Shown: one piece after another, positions 51,134-53,202 of the stretch
How positions within the stretch are numbered: position 1 is the first letter of the stretch
Layout of the letters: each line of letters begins with the position of its first letter
DNA from: Chromatiales bacterium
GTDB taxonomy: Bacteria; Pseudomonadota; Gammaproteobacteria; CAMYNG01
DNA length: 53,202 nt
Assembly (NCBI GenBank): GCA_027005735.1
Contig: JALTLF010000151.1
Span: 1-53,202, forward strand
Direction: 5' to 3'
Made by a program: the position numbers and the translations under genes
Notes under the pieces: model-generated
The model's input: the letters and a program-made list of their open reading frames with translations, nothing else
Databases searched by the model: none
What the model was told of the DNA's origin: nothing

Positions 51134-52171
51134 CTACTGGAAATTTTCCTTGTTCATGGCACGCAGGCGCGCGTCCTGCTTGCTGATCACGCCGCGCGCG
51201 ACGAGATCCTGGAGACACTGGTCGAGGGTCTGCATGCCTACCCCCTGGCCGGTCTGGATGGCGGAGTACATCTGCGCCACCTTGTCCTCGCGGATGAGGT
51301 TACGAATGGCCGGGGTGCCGATCATGATCTCGTGGGCCGCCACGCGCCCGCCGCCGATCTTCTTGATCAGGGTCTGGGCAATGACCGCGCGCAGGGACTC
51401 CGACAGCATGGAGCGCACCATGCCCTTCTCGGCGGCGGGGAAGACGTCGATGATACGGTCGATGGTCTTGGCCGCCGAACTGGTGTGCAGGGTACCGAAT
51501 ACCAGGTGACCGGTCTCGGCTGCGGTCAGCGCGAGGCGAATGGTCTCCAGGTCGCGCAGCTCGCCGACGAGGATGATGTCGGGGTCTTCACGCAGCGCCG
51601 AGCGCAGGGCCTCGTTGAAGCCGTGGGTGTCGCGGTGCACCTCGCGCTGGTTGATGAGACACTTCTTGGATTCGTGCACGAATTCGATGGGATCCTCGAT
51701 GGTGAGGATGTGGCCGTACTCGTTCTCGTTCTTGTAGTCGATCATCGCCGCCAGCGTGGTGGACTTGCCCGAACCCGTCGGCCCGGTGACCAGCACGATG
51801 CCGCGCGGGTTGTCGGCGATGTCCTTGAACACCGCCGGGCAGCCCAGTTCCTCGAGGCTGAGGATGTTGGAGGGGATGGTGCGGAAGACCACGCCTGCGC
51901 CGCGGTTCTGGTTGAAGGCATTGACGCGGAAGCGCGCCACGCCCTGGATCTCGAAGGAGAAGTCGGTCTCGAGAAATTCCTCGTAATCCTTGCGCTGCTT
52001 GTCGTTCATGATGTCATAGACAAGGCTGTGGACGGTCTTATGGTCCAGCGGCGGTACGTTGATGCGGCGGATGTCGCCGTCCACGCGGATCATCGGCGGC
52101 AGGCCGGCCGAGAGATGTAAATCCGAAGCCTTGTTCTTGACGCTAAAGGCCAGCAGCTCTGTGATATCCAT
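51134..52171 (-). CDS. pilT: Type IV pilus retraction ATPase PilT
   Basis: MDITELLAF start at 52171; GPTGSGKSTT, ALREDPD, AIRNLIRE. Confidence 0.96.
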   Translation of the reverse strand: MDITELLAFSVKNKASDLHLSAGLPPMIRVDGDIRRINVPPLDHKTVHSLVYDIMNDKQRKDYEEFLETDFSFEIQGVARFRVNAFNQNRGAGVVFRTIPSNILSLEELGCPAVFKDIADNPRGIVLVTGPTGSGKSTTLAAMIDYKNENEYGHILTIEDPIEFVHESKKCLINQREVHRDTHGFNEALRSALREDPDIILVGELRDLETIRLALTAAETGHLVFGTLHTSSAAKTIDRIIDVFPAAEKGMVRSMLSESLRAVIAQTLIKKIGGGRVAAHEIMIGTPAIRNLIREDKVAQMYSAIQTGQGVGMQTLDQCLQDLVARGVISKQDARLRAMNKENFQ

Positions 52172-52368
52172 GGGTGGTAAGGTCCCTTCGTTCTGGTTGA
52201 CGCTTGTTATAATGGTCGAATCCACGGGGGCACGGTAGCCGCCGGCGGTCCGGTCTGGGCATCATCTTGCATATCGGACAGGCGCCATAAAGACTTAACC
52301 CCGACAGGGAATAACTTACCCCCCCGGCAGGGGCCTGACAAGCTGATGATTCCACAGGTTTTCCTCCC

Positions 52369-53058
52369 ATGAGTATAGAGCAGGCCCTGGCTGCGATACG
52401 GGCGCGCATCGCAAAGGCGGAGATTGCCGCGGGCCGGCCGCCGGGCAGCGTCAGCCTGCTGGCGGTGAGCAAGACCCGCGAGGTCGCCGATCTGCGCGCG
52501 GCGCTGGCCGCCGGGCAGCACCGCTTCGGCGAGAGCTACGTGCAGGAGGCGCTGGACAAGATCGCCGCCCTCGCCGAGGAGGACATCGAATGGCATTTCA
52601 TCGGTCCGCTGCAATCCAACAAGAGCCGTCAGGTGGCCGAACACTTCCACTGGTGCCACAGCGTCGATCGCCTCAAGCTGGCGCGACGCCTGTCCGCGCA
52701 GCGCCCGGCGGGGCTGCCGCCCCTGCAGGTCTGCCTGCAGGTCAACATCAGCGGCGAGGCCAGCAAGTCCGGTTTCGCCCCCGCCGCGGTGTGCGCCGCG
52801 GCGGCCGAAATTGCCAGCTTGCCGAACCTGGTGCTGCGCGGCCTGATGGCCATTCCCGCGCGCGAGCGCGACTTTCACCGCCAGCGCGCGGCCTTTGCCC
52901 GCCTGCGGGAACTACGCGATGCCCTCAACGCGGAACGGGATCTCTCGCTGGACACCCTGTCCATGGGCATGACCGGCGACCTGGAGGCCGCCATTGCCGA
53001 GGGCGCCACCCTCGTGCGCGTGGGCACGGGGATCTTCGGGTCACGGACCGGGGACTAA
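52369..53058 (+). CDS. yggS: PLP homeostasis protein YggS
   Basis: LLAVSK, FGESYVQE, WHFIGPLQSNK, GLMAIP, SMGM, RVGTGIFG. Confidence 0.95.
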   Translation: MSIEQALAAIRARIAKAEIAAGRPPGSVSLLAVSKTREVADLRAALAAGQHRFGESYVQEALDKIAALAEEDIEWHFIGPLQSNKSRQVAEHFHWCHSVDRLKLARRLSAQRPAGLPPLQVCLQVNISGEASKSGFAPAAVCAAAAEIASLPNLVLRGLMAIPARERDFHRQRAAFARLRELRDALNAERDLSLDTLSMGMTGDLEAAIAEGATLVRVGTGIFGSRTGD

Positions 53059-53136
53059 ATACATGTGCCGAATACCCGATCACCTGAAGATAACCGGATT
53101 ACATCATCTGCCTGCCTCTCACCGGGGCGGCGTTCA

Positions 53137-53202
53137 CGGACACGCGGCAAATACATCCCTGTACGCTCGACAGCCGGGGCCGCTCCGGGCCTCCTGCCCT
53201 CT
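53137..53202 (-). repeat. Second member of the CAGGGATG-core repeat family, truncated by the window end
   Basis: Minus strand GAGCGTACAGGGATGTATTTGCCGCGTGTCCG matches 26683-26714 at 25/32 positions. Confidence 0.65.

Noticed and set aside
49427-51186. 490-aa and 494-aa ORFs and short ORFs crossing the structured element (candidate transposase)
   Set aside because: They are alternate or antisense frames of pilU running into palindromic DNA, with no DDE, HUH or integrase motifs.

Overview
High-GC gammaproteobacterial core-chromosome segment; the gene order resembles Chromatiales/Pseudomonas-like relatives (inference, no taxonomy search was possible). Left to right: djlA, an HDOD protein, a copper/silver RND efflux operon (small Cys/His leader ORF, cusC, cusB-cusF fusion, cusA, cytochrome c, DUF302), convergent ppk1/ppx, a Sel1 protein, tkt-gap-pgk-pyk-fba, a thioredoxin-fold protein, metK-[SAH riboswitch]-ahcY-metF-bioA-rsmE, the Pil-Chp chemosensory operon (pilGHIJK-chpABC), gshB-apbE-tonB-algH-ruvX-pyrR-pyrB-pyrC'-pyrK, pilU-pilT and yggS. 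I found no CRISPR array, tRNA/rRNA, integrase or transposase. The protein content is mostly housekeeping, so the novelty candidates are regulatory or non-coding. (1) The cus operon has no adjacent regulator. It is preceded by an FNR-type box with exact class II spacing and by a secreted CxxC/RPP leader ORF resembling copper-sensing arrest peptides, plus an RNA pairing that could sequester the cusC SD. (2) ppx has no canonical in-frame start upstream of its conserved N-terminal motif (ATC start, +1 frameshift or indel). (3) Several structured intergenic repeats display ANGGA loops (CsrA/RsmA-like sites), including a ~525-bp symmetric element. (4) Degenerate NNNCGAG heptamer runs follow three stop codons. 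All regulatory calls were made by eye and are untested.
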